Assembly: GCA_965228855.1 (NCBI GenBank)
Contig: CBDDIJ010000003.1
Span: 2,528,001-2,592,000 of the forward strand
Source of the DNA: Candidatus Obscuribacterales bacterium
Lineage (GTDB): Bacteria > Cyanobacteriota > Vampirovibrionia > Obscuribacterales > Obscuribacteraceae
DNA: 64,000 nt
Reading direction: 5' to 3'
Shown in pieces: positions 56,058 to 64,000 of this stretch. The notes under the pieces were generated by a model. The model was given only the letters and a program-made list of their open reading frames with translations, had not been told where the DNA came from and ran no database searches. Made by a program: the position numbers and the translations under genes. Position 1 is the first letter of the stretch. The number at the start of each line of letters is the position of its first letter.

Positions 56058-56087
56058 AAACCGTCAGGCCTGGCGCCTGGCGGTTTT
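56058..56087 (+). terminator. Rho-independent terminator
   Basis: AAACCGTCAGGC-loop-GCCTGGCGGTTTT. Confidence 0.65.
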
Positions 56088-56264
56088 CGTTTAAAATCCA
56101 GCAGCCGAGCCTAAACTTCTTAACCGCACTCGATTCAACCTTTAGTAGAATGCGAAGTGAACGGGGAGCTCAGATGAGTAAAACCCAATCTTCCGCCGCC
56201 CTAATTGCGCCAAACCAGTCGGTAAAACGTCTGCTGATACCAGCTGGCCACGGAGGTCCAATTG

Positions 56265-56915
56265 ATGTTGAAACCGAATCGCCAAAGTTTACTCATTGCA
56301 ATGGCTATTTCTGCCGGAGTTGCGCAGCCGGCGTTTTGTGAGAACCAACCCGCTGCAGGTTCAAGCCAGAAACCGTCGACCTCGAGCCAGACGCAATCAC
56401 CCGTGCCTCAGTCTAACCAGCCATCTGATAGTTCGAACGTGCCCGCGACGGTGCAGCAGCAGGCTGTCGGAACGGCTCCCACATTAGGAGAAGTCCTTGA
56501 TCGGGAGGCGCAGCAACAGGGACAGAGCGCGCCTCTCGGTTATCCATCTAATCCCCCCGCCTACGCGCAAGGCGCTCCAGTTGTTCCACCAAACACTTCT
56601 GCGTATCCACAAACACCGCAGGGCTCGCCAGGCTACGCGCCCAATGCGTATCCGCAAAACAGTTATCCAGGAGGCGGAGTGAGAGCAGGCGTCGGAAATA
56701 TTTTGAACGAAGTGCGCGGCATGGTTCAAAATATGGTGCAGGTAAATCCGGGCTCCGAGAACGTCAGAGTTCGCGTTCCCTTCGTAAACGTCGATGTAAA
56801 TCACGGACAACCGAATGTGAAAGTAAATGCACCATTCGTGAAGGTCGATAAGACGCCGGATGCACCGGTCTCTGTCAACGCCCCATTCGTAAATGTCTCA
56901 CCACCAAACCCCTGA
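56265..56915 (+). CDS. Secreted P/Q-rich hypothetical protein with VxVxxPFVxV repeats
   Basis: GGAGG RBS; signal peptide LLIAMAISAGVAQPAFC; three PFV repeats at the C-terminus. Confidence 0.8.
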   Translation: MLKPNRQSLLIAMAISAGVAQPAFCENQPAAGSSQKPSTSSQTQSPVPQSNQPSDSSNVPATVQQQAVGTAPTLGEVLDREAQQQGQSAPLGYPSNPPAYAQGAPVVPPNTSAYPQTPQGSPGYAPNAYPQNSYPGGGVRAGVGNILNEVRGMVQNMVQVNPGSENVRVRVPFVNVDVNHGQPNVKVNAPFVKVDKTPDAPVSVNAPFVNVSPPNP

Positions 56916-56933
56916 TTCTCGCGCGAGAAAAAC

Positions 56934-58085
56934 TTACCGCGCCGGCAACCACACGCAGAACTTGGCGCCCTTTTCCTGCGGTTCCAACCATATTTTGCCG
57001 TTGTGTTGCGTCACGATCTTCTTACAAATCGCCAGACCCATCCCGGTTGATTCCGCATCGGGTCCGCCATCCAGTCGGTGAAATAGTTTAAAAACATCGT
57101 TTTTGTAAACGCTGTCGATGCCGATTCCATTGTCTTCTATTTCAAAAAGGTACCCGCCGTTTTCTTCCGATGAACTGATGCGTATGCGTGGTTTCTCCGC
57201 ACTGCGATACTTGATAGCGTTGGAGACCAGTTCTTTAAACAGATAAACCAATTGCGATCGATTTGCCGGCAGAGAGGGAAGTTCGCCACGAATCACATCG
57301 CAGTTACCAGAGTCAGCGTGAAGTTCCGAAAGCGCATCGTCTAAAACGCGACCGATGAAAACGGTTTCGCGTTCAAAATTCGGTCTGGCTACTCGCGCGT
57401 AGACCCAGATGTCATCGACCATTCGGGCGACCAGAGCGCTCGATGATGTAATCTTGTCAATGAATTCGTTGGCATCAGCGCCAAGCCTGTCTTTATATCG
57501 AGCGCTCAAGAGATTGCAATAACGAGCGATTGTGTATATCGGTGCCTGTAACTCGTGCGAAACCACGTAAGCGAGTCGCTGCAACTCCTCGTTGGACTCA
57601 TTTATCAAACGCAGGGTCTCTTCCCTCAGCTGCTCGGCTTGCTTACGCTCAGACAAATCTCTGGTAACTTTCGAGAATCCTATAAGTGTGCCATTCTCAT
57701 TGCGAAGAGCAGTGATCACCACGTTAGCCCAGAATAGGGAACCATCTTTTCGGACCCGCCAGCCCTCCTCCTCGTAACGTCCGGTAGAAGCAGCGAGTTC
57801 CAGTTCCTGCTCAGGGTGCTTCGACTCAGCAGCATCTTGCTCGTAGAACGTGCGAAAGTGTTTTCCAATAATTTCGTCAGGAGCGTAACCCTTGATTTTC
57901 TCGGCGCCCTCGTTCCACGTCATGACGTGACCTTCGGCATCAAGCATGAAAATGGCATAGTCTTTTACGCTGCTGACAAGCAGTCGAAACATTTCATCGG
58001 AGATTTCTTTGTCGTCGCTTAGGCCGGATGCGGGCGCACCGGTCGACACCGCCCGCGGATCAAAGGTCATTGAGTCATCTGCCAT
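56934..58085 (-). CDS. PAS-domain sensor histidine kinase
   Basis: VKDYAIFMLD...WNEGAEKIKGY PAS domain; SHELQAP H-box; NAIKY, DNGIGI and GMGLAICKKIV. Confidence 0.93.
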   Translation of the reverse strand: MADDSMTFDPRAVSTGAPASGLSDDKEISDEMFRLLVSSVKDYAIFMLDAEGHVMTWNEGAEKIKGYAPDEIIGKHFRTFYEQDAAESKHPEQELELAASTGRYEEEGWRVRKDGSLFWANVVITALRNENGTLIGFSKVTRDLSERKQAEQLREETLRLINESNEELQRLAYVVSHELQAPIYTIARYCNLLSARYKDRLGADANEFIDKITSSSALVARMVDDIWVYARVARPNFERETVFIGRVLDDALSELHADSGNCDVIRGELPSLPANRSQLVYLFKELVSNAIKYRSAEKPRIRISSSEENGGYLFEIEDNGIGIDSVYKNDVFKLFHRLDGGPDAESTGMGLAICKKIVTQHNGKIWLEPQEKGAKFCVWLPAR

Positions 58086-58342
58086 CTAAGAGGTCTCAAG
58101 TTTAGCGTACACGAACAAACTTCATAGCACAACCGACACGTAGTCGTGTAATTCAGGCTTCGCGGCTTGCCGGAAAACTTCGATTTGCCGCTCTCAGTGA
58201 GGCAAACCCTAAAGAGATGGGACAAACACACGTTACGAATCGACACTCAAATTCGTACAGTAGTAGTGAAGAACCTGATGAAATCACAGCCTCGAGAAGA
58301 GCGTGATTTCACACACCCTCAGTTTTTATGCAGGTCGGACAT

Positions 58343-59035
58343 ATGAAAAAAATTCACTCTCTGCGGCTCAGCTCAGCCAAGATTCTATCAACCATTATCG
58401 GGCACACTTACTTAAAAACAAGTGTCGCCCTCGCCGTTCTGACGATCGCGTCATCGGCACCATCGGCCCATGCGCAAGACAAACCCTCAGCGCGTTTCAA
58501 GTTCGCACCTCAATACTATCCCCTGGAACAGGCAAGATATCCTCGAACGCATTACGGAACAGACGTACACTTTCCGGAACGTAATCTACAAACGCCCACC
58601 TCAGTGAAAGCCGGTAGTGTTCCCAACGTAAACTCTTTATTTGGTTTCAACCCGAGCTTCATGGTCCAATCGGCAAATACGAATGTCGCCTGGCAAAACC
58701 TAGCACTACCTGTGATACCAGTACAGCAACCGGTTTACACAGCGAATACTCAGTCGTTACCAGCACCTACAGCTCCGCGATCGAGTTTAATTCAAAGTGA
58801 GAAGCCAGTAGTGAGTAAGACGGTTTCAGCTAGACTGTCGCCTTCGCGAAAACAGCCGGCGCTGAATGCAAAGCCACCGAATTCATCCCGCCAACCGAAT
58901 CATCAGCGTCCATCTAAGCCAGCAAAGATCTTGAAATACGACAATGGCATGTTCGATCCTAGTTCAACCCATCCCGGTTTATACAGCACCGACTCACATG
59001 CCACCACAACTCTGAGCGGAAAAATACTTCGATAA
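58343..59035 (+). CDS. Secreted hypothetical protein
   Basis: Basic N-region, hydrophobic segment and AHA-Q cleavage-like site; alternative start at 58328. Confidence 0.65.
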   Translation: MKKIHSLRLSSAKILSTIIGHTYLKTSVALAVLTIASSAPSAHAQDKPSARFKFAPQYYPLEQARYPRTHYGTDVHFPERNLQTPTSVKAGSVPNVNSLFGFNPSFMVQSANTNVAWQNLALPVIPVQQPVYTANTQSLPAPTAPRSSLIQSEKPVVSKTVSARLSPSRKQPALNAKPPNSSRQPNHQRPSKPAKILKYDNGMFDPSSTHPGLYSTDSHATTTLSGKILR

Positions 59036-59054
59036 GAAGTGCGTCAAAACTCAC

Positions 59055-59095
59055 AAAAAAAACGAGCTCCCGAAACCAGTTCGGAAGCTCGTTTT
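59055..59095. terminator. Bidirectional terminator between convergent genes
   Basis: A-run, then CGAGCTCCCGAA-ACCAG-TTCGGAAGCTCG, then TTTT. Confidence 0.75.
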
Positions 59096-59110
59096 GCTGT
59101 GTCGATCCCG

Positions 59111-59749
59111 TTATTTAGATTGGAAGGTTGAAACTTTTGTGATTTCCTTCATTGCTTCGATTTCCGAAACAGTTGAAATTTGCGCCTCGACGACGACTTC
59201 ATTCTTATCCTTATCGACGGAGACGACCTTCAACGACTTAACAGCTTTTACTGTTTTCAGAAACGTCGGGTCGACGGTCGAACAATTCAAGCGCAGTTTG
59301 ATAAATCTCTTCTCGCCCGGTTTGATTGAGTTGAGCTGAGAATGTACAGATGGTTCAATCTTTCCTGATGAAGTCGATGTGGTTTCAGTAGTCGTGTCAA
59401 CACTCGACTTGACCGCCTCTTTCTTAACTTCGCTCTTCGGCGCATCACCCGGAACGCTCTGCACCGAATAGGGATAACTGGTCCCCGTGTAGTTGTCGGG
59501 TATCGGGCTGCCCTCCGGCAACGTGGGCGAGGTCTTCTGATGACGCTCAGCCCTACCGGAAGTGTAGTAACGCTCATCGATGACGGTCGGTTCCACCTGG
59601 AACATATTCATATCGCGCGGAGCATCAGTAGCCGAGGTTCCCTTATCGGCTGCCACAGCCGGTTGATTGATACCGGGTGCTACGATAACCGCAGCCACCA
59701 ATATCGCTTTAGTAACGGATGATAGATTCGTCGCAATGCTGCTGTACAT
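59111..59749 (-). CDS. Secreted hypothetical protein with C-terminal ferredoxin-like/ACT-like alpha-beta domain
   Basis: GAGGAAAG RBS; signal peptide ending AVA-A; alternating beta-alpha-beta-beta-alpha-beta pattern at the C-terminus. Confidence 0.75.
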   Translation of the reverse strand: MYSSIATNLSSVTKAILVAAVIVAPGINQPAVAADKGTSATDAPRDMNMFQVEPTVIDERYYTSGRAERHQKTSPTLPEGSPIPDNYTGTSYPYSVQSVPGDAPKSEVKKEAVKSSVDTTTETTSTSSGKIEPSVHSQLNSIKPGEKRFIKLRLNCSTVDPTFLKTVKAVKSLKVVSVDKDKNEVVVEAQISTVSEIEAMKEITKVSTFQSK

Positions 59750-59948
59750 CAGTCTTTCCTCTTAGATACTTCGTGCGAACGTGACACGAATAAGCGGCAG
59801 TTTAGCAAAGCCGTTTTCGATCAAGTGTGAAAAGAATTCAAATTATTCTCGGGAACAAACCTTGAAGAGTCCGTCTCTAAGCCGTTGCGAACAGTTTCAA
59901 AGCACCAAGTTTGCAACCCCACGAATTAATGAGACTAATAATTTACCG

Positions 59949-60398
59949 CTAGGCGTCCGGTCTTAGGACGTTTTCAACAGCTGCATTATCAGCATTATAG
60001 CCTTTCATGTGCGCATCAATCATTCGTTTAGTCACAATAAATACCGGCGAAGGAAGTTCGTCAAAACGGTACCACTTCCACTCCGCACATTTCTCTGGCT
60101 CCATCGCAATAGGCTCTCCATCGGGACATTCAGCCACTAGGTCCACGTCGACATAGTGCTTTGTGCCGAACATATAATTACCTATCAAAAGAAATTTTAT
60201 TGCACCGGCGACCAAGCCGGTCTCCTCAAAAACCTCTCGACGAGCGCATTCAGCAAAACTCTCACCATACTCCAGGTGTCCGCCTGGCGCGGCATAAACC
60301 CCAGCCTCATGAGCGCCAATTCTCTTACCCAGAAGATATTTATCGCCACGAATGACCAGAACTCCGACGCCAATCCTTGTCACATCGTCGTTTGCCAT
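59949..60398 (-). CDS. Nudix hydrolase (NUDT15/MutT-like)
   Basis: Nudix box GGHLEYGESFAECARREVFEETGL; MEPEKCAEWKW motif. Confidence 0.92.
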   Translation of the reverse strand: MANDDVTRIGVGVLVIRGDKYLLGKRIGAHEAGVYAAPGGHLEYGESFAECARREVFEETGLVAGAIKFLLIGNYMFGTKHYVDVDLVAECPDGEPIAMEPEKCAEWKWYRFDELPSPVFIVTKRMIDAHMKGYNADNAAVENVLRPDA

Positions 60399-60407
60399 AG
60401 AGTCCCA

Positions 60408-60767
60408 CTACTGATTACTGTCACCACCAATAGTATCATCGATTTGACTTAATTCGTCTGCTGTAAAAGTACGATTTTGGGAAACTCGACCGGTCAGCCA
60501 GCCAATCAAGTCGCGCGACTCCTGAGGTTTCACTACCGCATCCTTCAAGCGCCCCTTAAGCCAGCCGACCAGCTCCACAACGTCACTCAGAGATATGCTG
60601 CTAGACGTTGAGTCGAATGCCTCAATCTCAGCATTGCTTTCGTCGCTGGAACGAGACGACAGCCAGGCGGAGAGTTCCGCAACCTCCTCAGCAGAAAGGT
60701 TTTCTTCGGTCATGCGTTTCCGAAGCCAATCCGTGAGTTCGCCGATATCCTCTTTCCTCGCCGTCAT
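60408..60767 (-). CDS. Small helical-repeat hypothetical protein (119 aa)
   Basis: Four (E/D)LxxWL units; GGAAGG RBS; ends 9 nt upstream of the Nudix gene. Confidence 0.7.
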   Translation of the reverse strand: MTARKEDIGELTDWLRKRMTEENLSAEEVAELSAWLSSRSSDESNAEIEAFDSTSSSISLSDVVELVGWLKGRLKDAVVKPQESRDLIGWLTGRVSQNRTFTADELSQIDDTIGGDSNQ

Positions 60768-60841
60768 CCTTCCAGTTGCAAGTTTCCTTGAAAATAAATA
60801 TCCATCACTCCATCACAATGTAGCGAAATCTCGGACGAAGG

Positions 60842-63148
60842 ATGTCATCATTGTTATGTCATCGAAAGCGAACCGTCAGGTCCGTGGGGGTCCAGTTGTC
60901 TTTCACAAAAACCGCTCTCGAAAAAAGCACGGGAGAAATGCGCGACCTTATCTTGCAAAAGGATTGGTCGAAAACTGAGTTAGGACCGATTGATAGTTGG
61001 CCCAGCGTCTTCCAGACAGCACTGGGCATCGCTCTCAACTCGAAATTTCCGATGGTGCTCTGGTTCGGCAAGAATCTTCTCATGCTTTACAACGACGCAT
61101 GGAGGCCTATCGCAGGACAAACAAAGCATCCTCACTTCCTGGGCGAACCTTGTGAAACTGCCTGGGCTGAAATTTGGGATGTTGTAGGTCCAATGCTCAA
61201 AGGCGTTATGGAATCGGGAACGGCCACATGGGTTCACGATCAGCTCCTGGTTTTGAACAGAAACAATTACCTCGAAGAAGCATATTTCACCTACTCGTAC
61301 AGTCCCATTTACGACGAGGATGGAGTAGTCAAAGGCGTTTTCACTGCGGTAACCGAAACTACTCATCAGGTCATTACGAATCGTCGCATCGCTTTCCTTC
61401 GAGAGTTAGCAGAGAAAGTTTTCGAGACTGATTCGGTGGATAAAACTGTTCATAGCGTCCTGAAGGTTTTAAATGAAAATCGAAAGGACGTACCATTTGC
61501 AGCCATTTATCTGAGAGACAACGAGCATATGTTGCTGCGAGGCTCTACGGAATCGCTGCCTGAGACGTTGGCACCACAGACTCTAAAGTCTGGTGACGCA
61601 AGGGTGACGACAACGGTTGCAAACGCAAAACCATTTGAAATCTCAGAACACGGAATATTGAGTTCCGTATGGGAGCAGATAGTCGAACACGCACTTTTGC
61701 TGCCGCTCTCCGCCGTCGGGCAATCGGAAAGAGTCGGTTATCTCCTGGTCGGACTGAATCCAAGACGAGCCTACGGAGATCCTTACCAGAGTTTTCTGGA
61801 ACTACTGACCGGGCAAATTGCATCAGCGATTAACAGCGCACTAGACGCTTCACGTTTAAGGTTTCTCGTAGAAAAAAGAACCGAGGAACTTCAAGACATC
61901 GGAAACATACTCAACTCATTTGTTGACACAGGCAGTTTTCGCGAAGCCAGTACAAAGATATTGCGCCGCGCGCTCGATGAAACGCAGAGCGAGTACGGCT
62001 TTTGCGGCGCCACAGTTCCCGGCGGTCCGCAAGGAAGGACTCTACGCGTGTTCGCAGATCTGGGTTTTACCTGGAGCGAAACGACAAATCGCGAACTCTA
62101 CGAAAAGATAATCGCGGATTACGACACCAGGGGCTACATTGAATTCCCGCAGCTGGACAACCTTTTCGGCTGGGCGATAACAAACGGTAAACCGATGATC
62201 GCAAATACTCCTTCGGCAGACTCGCGCCGAAGCGGTCGCCAACCGGCAGGACACCCGCCGACCAACAGCTTTATGGCTTTACCGGTATTCAAAGGAGAAC
62301 AGGTGGTCGGCGTGATGGGGCTGGCCAACAAACCTGGCGGATATTCGGATGCCGACATCAAAGCTCTTGAGGCGCTTCTGAAAACGACCAGCGTAATCTT
62401 CGACAGTTATCGTCGTCTGCAAAACGAAAACAAAATCATTCAAGAAAGAATAGTTGCGGAAGACAACCTGAGAAGAGCCAACCAGGCACTTATCGACTTG
62501 GCTTATTCGGTTTCCCACGAATTACAAGAACCACTCACCTCAATGCGAGGTGACCTTTCCTTGTTAGCTGCAAGGTACAGAGATAGACTCGGAGCAGACG
62601 CAGATCAGTTTATCCAGGATGCGGTGAAAGCCAACGTAAAAATCAATTGGATGATAGACGACCTCTGGACATATGCGCGAATAGATCGTCCTCATCTGGT
62701 TTTTAGCGAAGTAGCTATGAACAAATTGTTCGACGATGAAGTGAAGTCGATGCAGACATTTATAGAGGAGAAGAAGGCTACGGTTCTGCGAGCGGACCTG
62801 CCGACGGTGATGGCGGAACCGAAGGAGCTGGTGATCTTGCTTCAAAAACTTCTGGATAATGCCATCAAGTTCTCGGGAGCAGAACCGGAAATAGATTTCA
62901 CCGCGACGCAACTAGTTGATGAATGGCTGTTCTGCATGACCGACAATGGAATCGGTTTCATGCAAACCGAAGCTCGTGAAATCTTTAAGATGTTTAGAAA
63001 ACTGGATCGCAACTCAGAGGGGACCGGTATGGGACTGGCAATCGCCAAGCGCATCGTCGAGTTTCACGGCGGTCGTATCTGGGCGGAATCTGAGCCTGGA
63101 CAAGGCACAAAGTTTTATTTCACGCTGCCACTCGTGCCAATCCGCTAG
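60842..63148 (+). CDS. PAS-like/GAF/GAF sensor histidine kinase
   Basis: DWSKTELGPIDSWP N-terminal PAS-like domain, GAF motif GHPPTNSFMALPV, SHELQEP H-box, NAIKF, DNGIG and GMGLAIAKRIV. Start uncertain (60842-60938). Confidence 0.92.
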   Translation: MSSLLCHRKRTVRSVGVQLSFTKTALEKSTGEMRDLILQKDWSKTELGPIDSWPSVFQTALGIALNSKFPMVLWFGKNLLMLYNDAWRPIAGQTKHPHFLGEPCETAWAEIWDVVGPMLKGVMESGTATWVHDQLLVLNRNNYLEEAYFTYSYSPIYDEDGVVKGVFTAVTETTHQVITNRRIAFLRELAEKVFETDSVDKTVHSVLKVLNENRKDVPFAAIYLRDNEHMLLRGSTESLPETLAPQTLKSGDARVTTTVANAKPFEISEHGILSSVWEQIVEHALLLPLSAVGQSERVGYLLVGLNPRRAYGDPYQSFLELLTGQIASAINSALDASRLRFLVEKRTEELQDIGNILNSFVDTGSFREASTKILRRALDETQSEYGFCGATVPGGPQGRTLRVFADLGFTWSETTNRELYEKIIADYDTRGYIEFPQLDNLFGWAITNGKPMIANTPSADSRRSGRQPAGHPPTNSFMALPVFKGEQVVGVMGLANKPGGYSDADIKALEALLKTTSVIFDSYRRLQNENKIIQERIVAEDNLRRANQALIDLAYSVSHELQEPLTSMRGDLSLLAARYRDRLGADADQFIQDAVKANVKINWMIDDLWTYARIDRPHLVFSEVAMNKLFDDEVKSMQTFIEEKKATVLRADLPTVMAEPKELVILLQKLLDNAIKFSGAEPEIDFTATQLVDEWLFCMTDNGIGFMQTEAREIFKMFRKLDRNSEGTGMGLAIAKRIVEFHGGRIWAESEPGQGTKFYFTLPLVPIR

Positions 63149-63161
63149 GCGTTCGTTTATT

Positions 63162-64000
63162 TTATTTCCCGTTACCAACAGCGTCTCTGGAAACCTCAGA
63201 TTCTGCGCAATCCGTTTCCTCGCGCCCCGGTTCAACAACTACCGGTTCAACAGCTTCCGTTTCCACAGCTACCGTTTTCACAGCTGCCGATTCAACAACT
63301 GTTGCTTCAACAACGGGTGACACGTCTAGCAACGAGCCGCCTTTTGCCAGCACCATGGGCGGTTCAACAGAAAACGTCGTGATCTTGTTGTCATCAATCC
63401 GAATTTGTAGCGAGATGCGATATCCACGCGGCGCAGGCGGAATATTTGAAATCACATAGAGTTCGTTAGTCGTGACCCCGTCCTCAGACCAGCGCAGTTG
63501 AAGGTCCATTCGGGTTTGATCGTCGTCGACCGTGCCAATCTCCTTGGTCACATTAATAGGAATTGGATGCCATTCCGAAATGACGAGAAACGGAACCTGC
63601 CCGACGCCGACCATCGACAGACTTTTGCCGAGAAACTCTTTGGCAAAAATCAAATCGGATATCTCCGAAATTGTCTTGCGCAGCAGCTTGCTCTCCTTGC
63701 ATAGATAGCCTGCAAGGATTGGGTAGAGAAACGGCACTAGCACTGAAGGGAAGGAAAGCGCTTCATGCGGCGCGGTTATCAATGCGTAGGCGAACGTAAA
63801 CGCCGTATAAAGGATATGCGGGAGAAACGGATGACCCTCATGCAACATCTTGTCCGTGAGACGAACGTATACAACTAATAGGATGGGCAAAAGCGTGAAG
63901 AGCATAAACGCGCTCGCAAGCTTTGGCTCTGTAATCTCCGTTCCGAAGAAGCCGAAGGTCTTCGTAAGCCAGAGCCCAATCAAGCCGCCTACAATCGAGG
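63162..64000 (-). CDS. Partial membrane protein with C-terminal Hsp70/DnaK peptide-binding-like domain
   Basis: Frame is open to the window end; at least 3 TMs; PIPINVTKEIGTVDDDQT...ISNIPPAPRGYRISLQIRIDDNKI resembles the DnaK SBD-beta. Confidence 0.75.
   Translation of the reverse strand, partial: SIVGGLIGLWLTKTFGFFGTEITEPKLASAFMLFTLLPILLVVYVRLTDKMLHEGHPFLPHILYTAFTFAYALITAPHEALSFPSVLVPFLYPILAGYLCKESKLLRKTISEISDLIFAKEFLGKSLSMVGVGQVPFLVISEWHPIPINVTKEIGTVDDDQTRMDLQLRWSEDGVTTNELYVISNIPPAPRGYRISLQIRIDDNKITTFSVEPPMVLAKGGSLLDVSPVVEATVVESAAVKTVAVETEAVEPVVVEPGREETDCAESEVSRDAVGNGK
63228..63318 (-). repeat. 15-nt coding repeat (xVVE/xAVE pentapeptides)
   Basis: Translation PVVEATVVESAAVKTVAVETEAVEPVVVEP. 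Confidence 0.7.

Noticed and set aside
58199..58232. GGCAAACCC...GGGACAAA resembling a c-di-GMP-I (GEMM) riboswitch core
   Set aside because: It lacks the GNRA-capped stem, the ACGCAAAGC junction and the second stem. An Infernal search with the Rfam c-di-GMP-I model would be needed to rescue it.

Overview
Bacterial chromosomal window of moderate GC. The gene style (giant low-complexity proteins, beta-helix adhesin, 394-aa EF-Tu) suggests a non-photosynthetic Cyanobacteriota relative such as Melainabacteria/Obscuribacterales, but this is inference only. The left 40 kb is an unusual accessory locus. Two giant, signal-peptide-less repeat proteins (1835 aa and 5941 aa) have unrelated bodies but share a C-terminal cassette: PIDxTTGLPY motif, charged coil, two LysM-like domains, CxxC-CxxC zinc ribbon and a conserved ~90-aa terminal domain. 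They face a convergent operon encoding a VirD4/TraG-like coupling ATPase fused to a zinc ribbon/disordered/TM/beta-barrel N-terminus, a translationally coupled ATPase-less paralog, a HerA/FtsK-like ATPase with two CxxCxxxC motifs, and a small protein. A divergent coiled-coil protein flanks the operon. I propose this as a candidate undescribed protein translocation or surface-display system. The right 24 kb holds a GT-C glycosyltransferase, selA, rlmB, a tRNA-Thr/Tyr/Thr-tuf cluster, a B3/4 editing-domain protein, a 2.26k-aa hemagglutinin-like adhesin, two histidine kinases, a Nudix hydrolase and a membrane protein with a DnaK substrate-binding-like domain. No CRISPR array, rRNA or transposase was seen.
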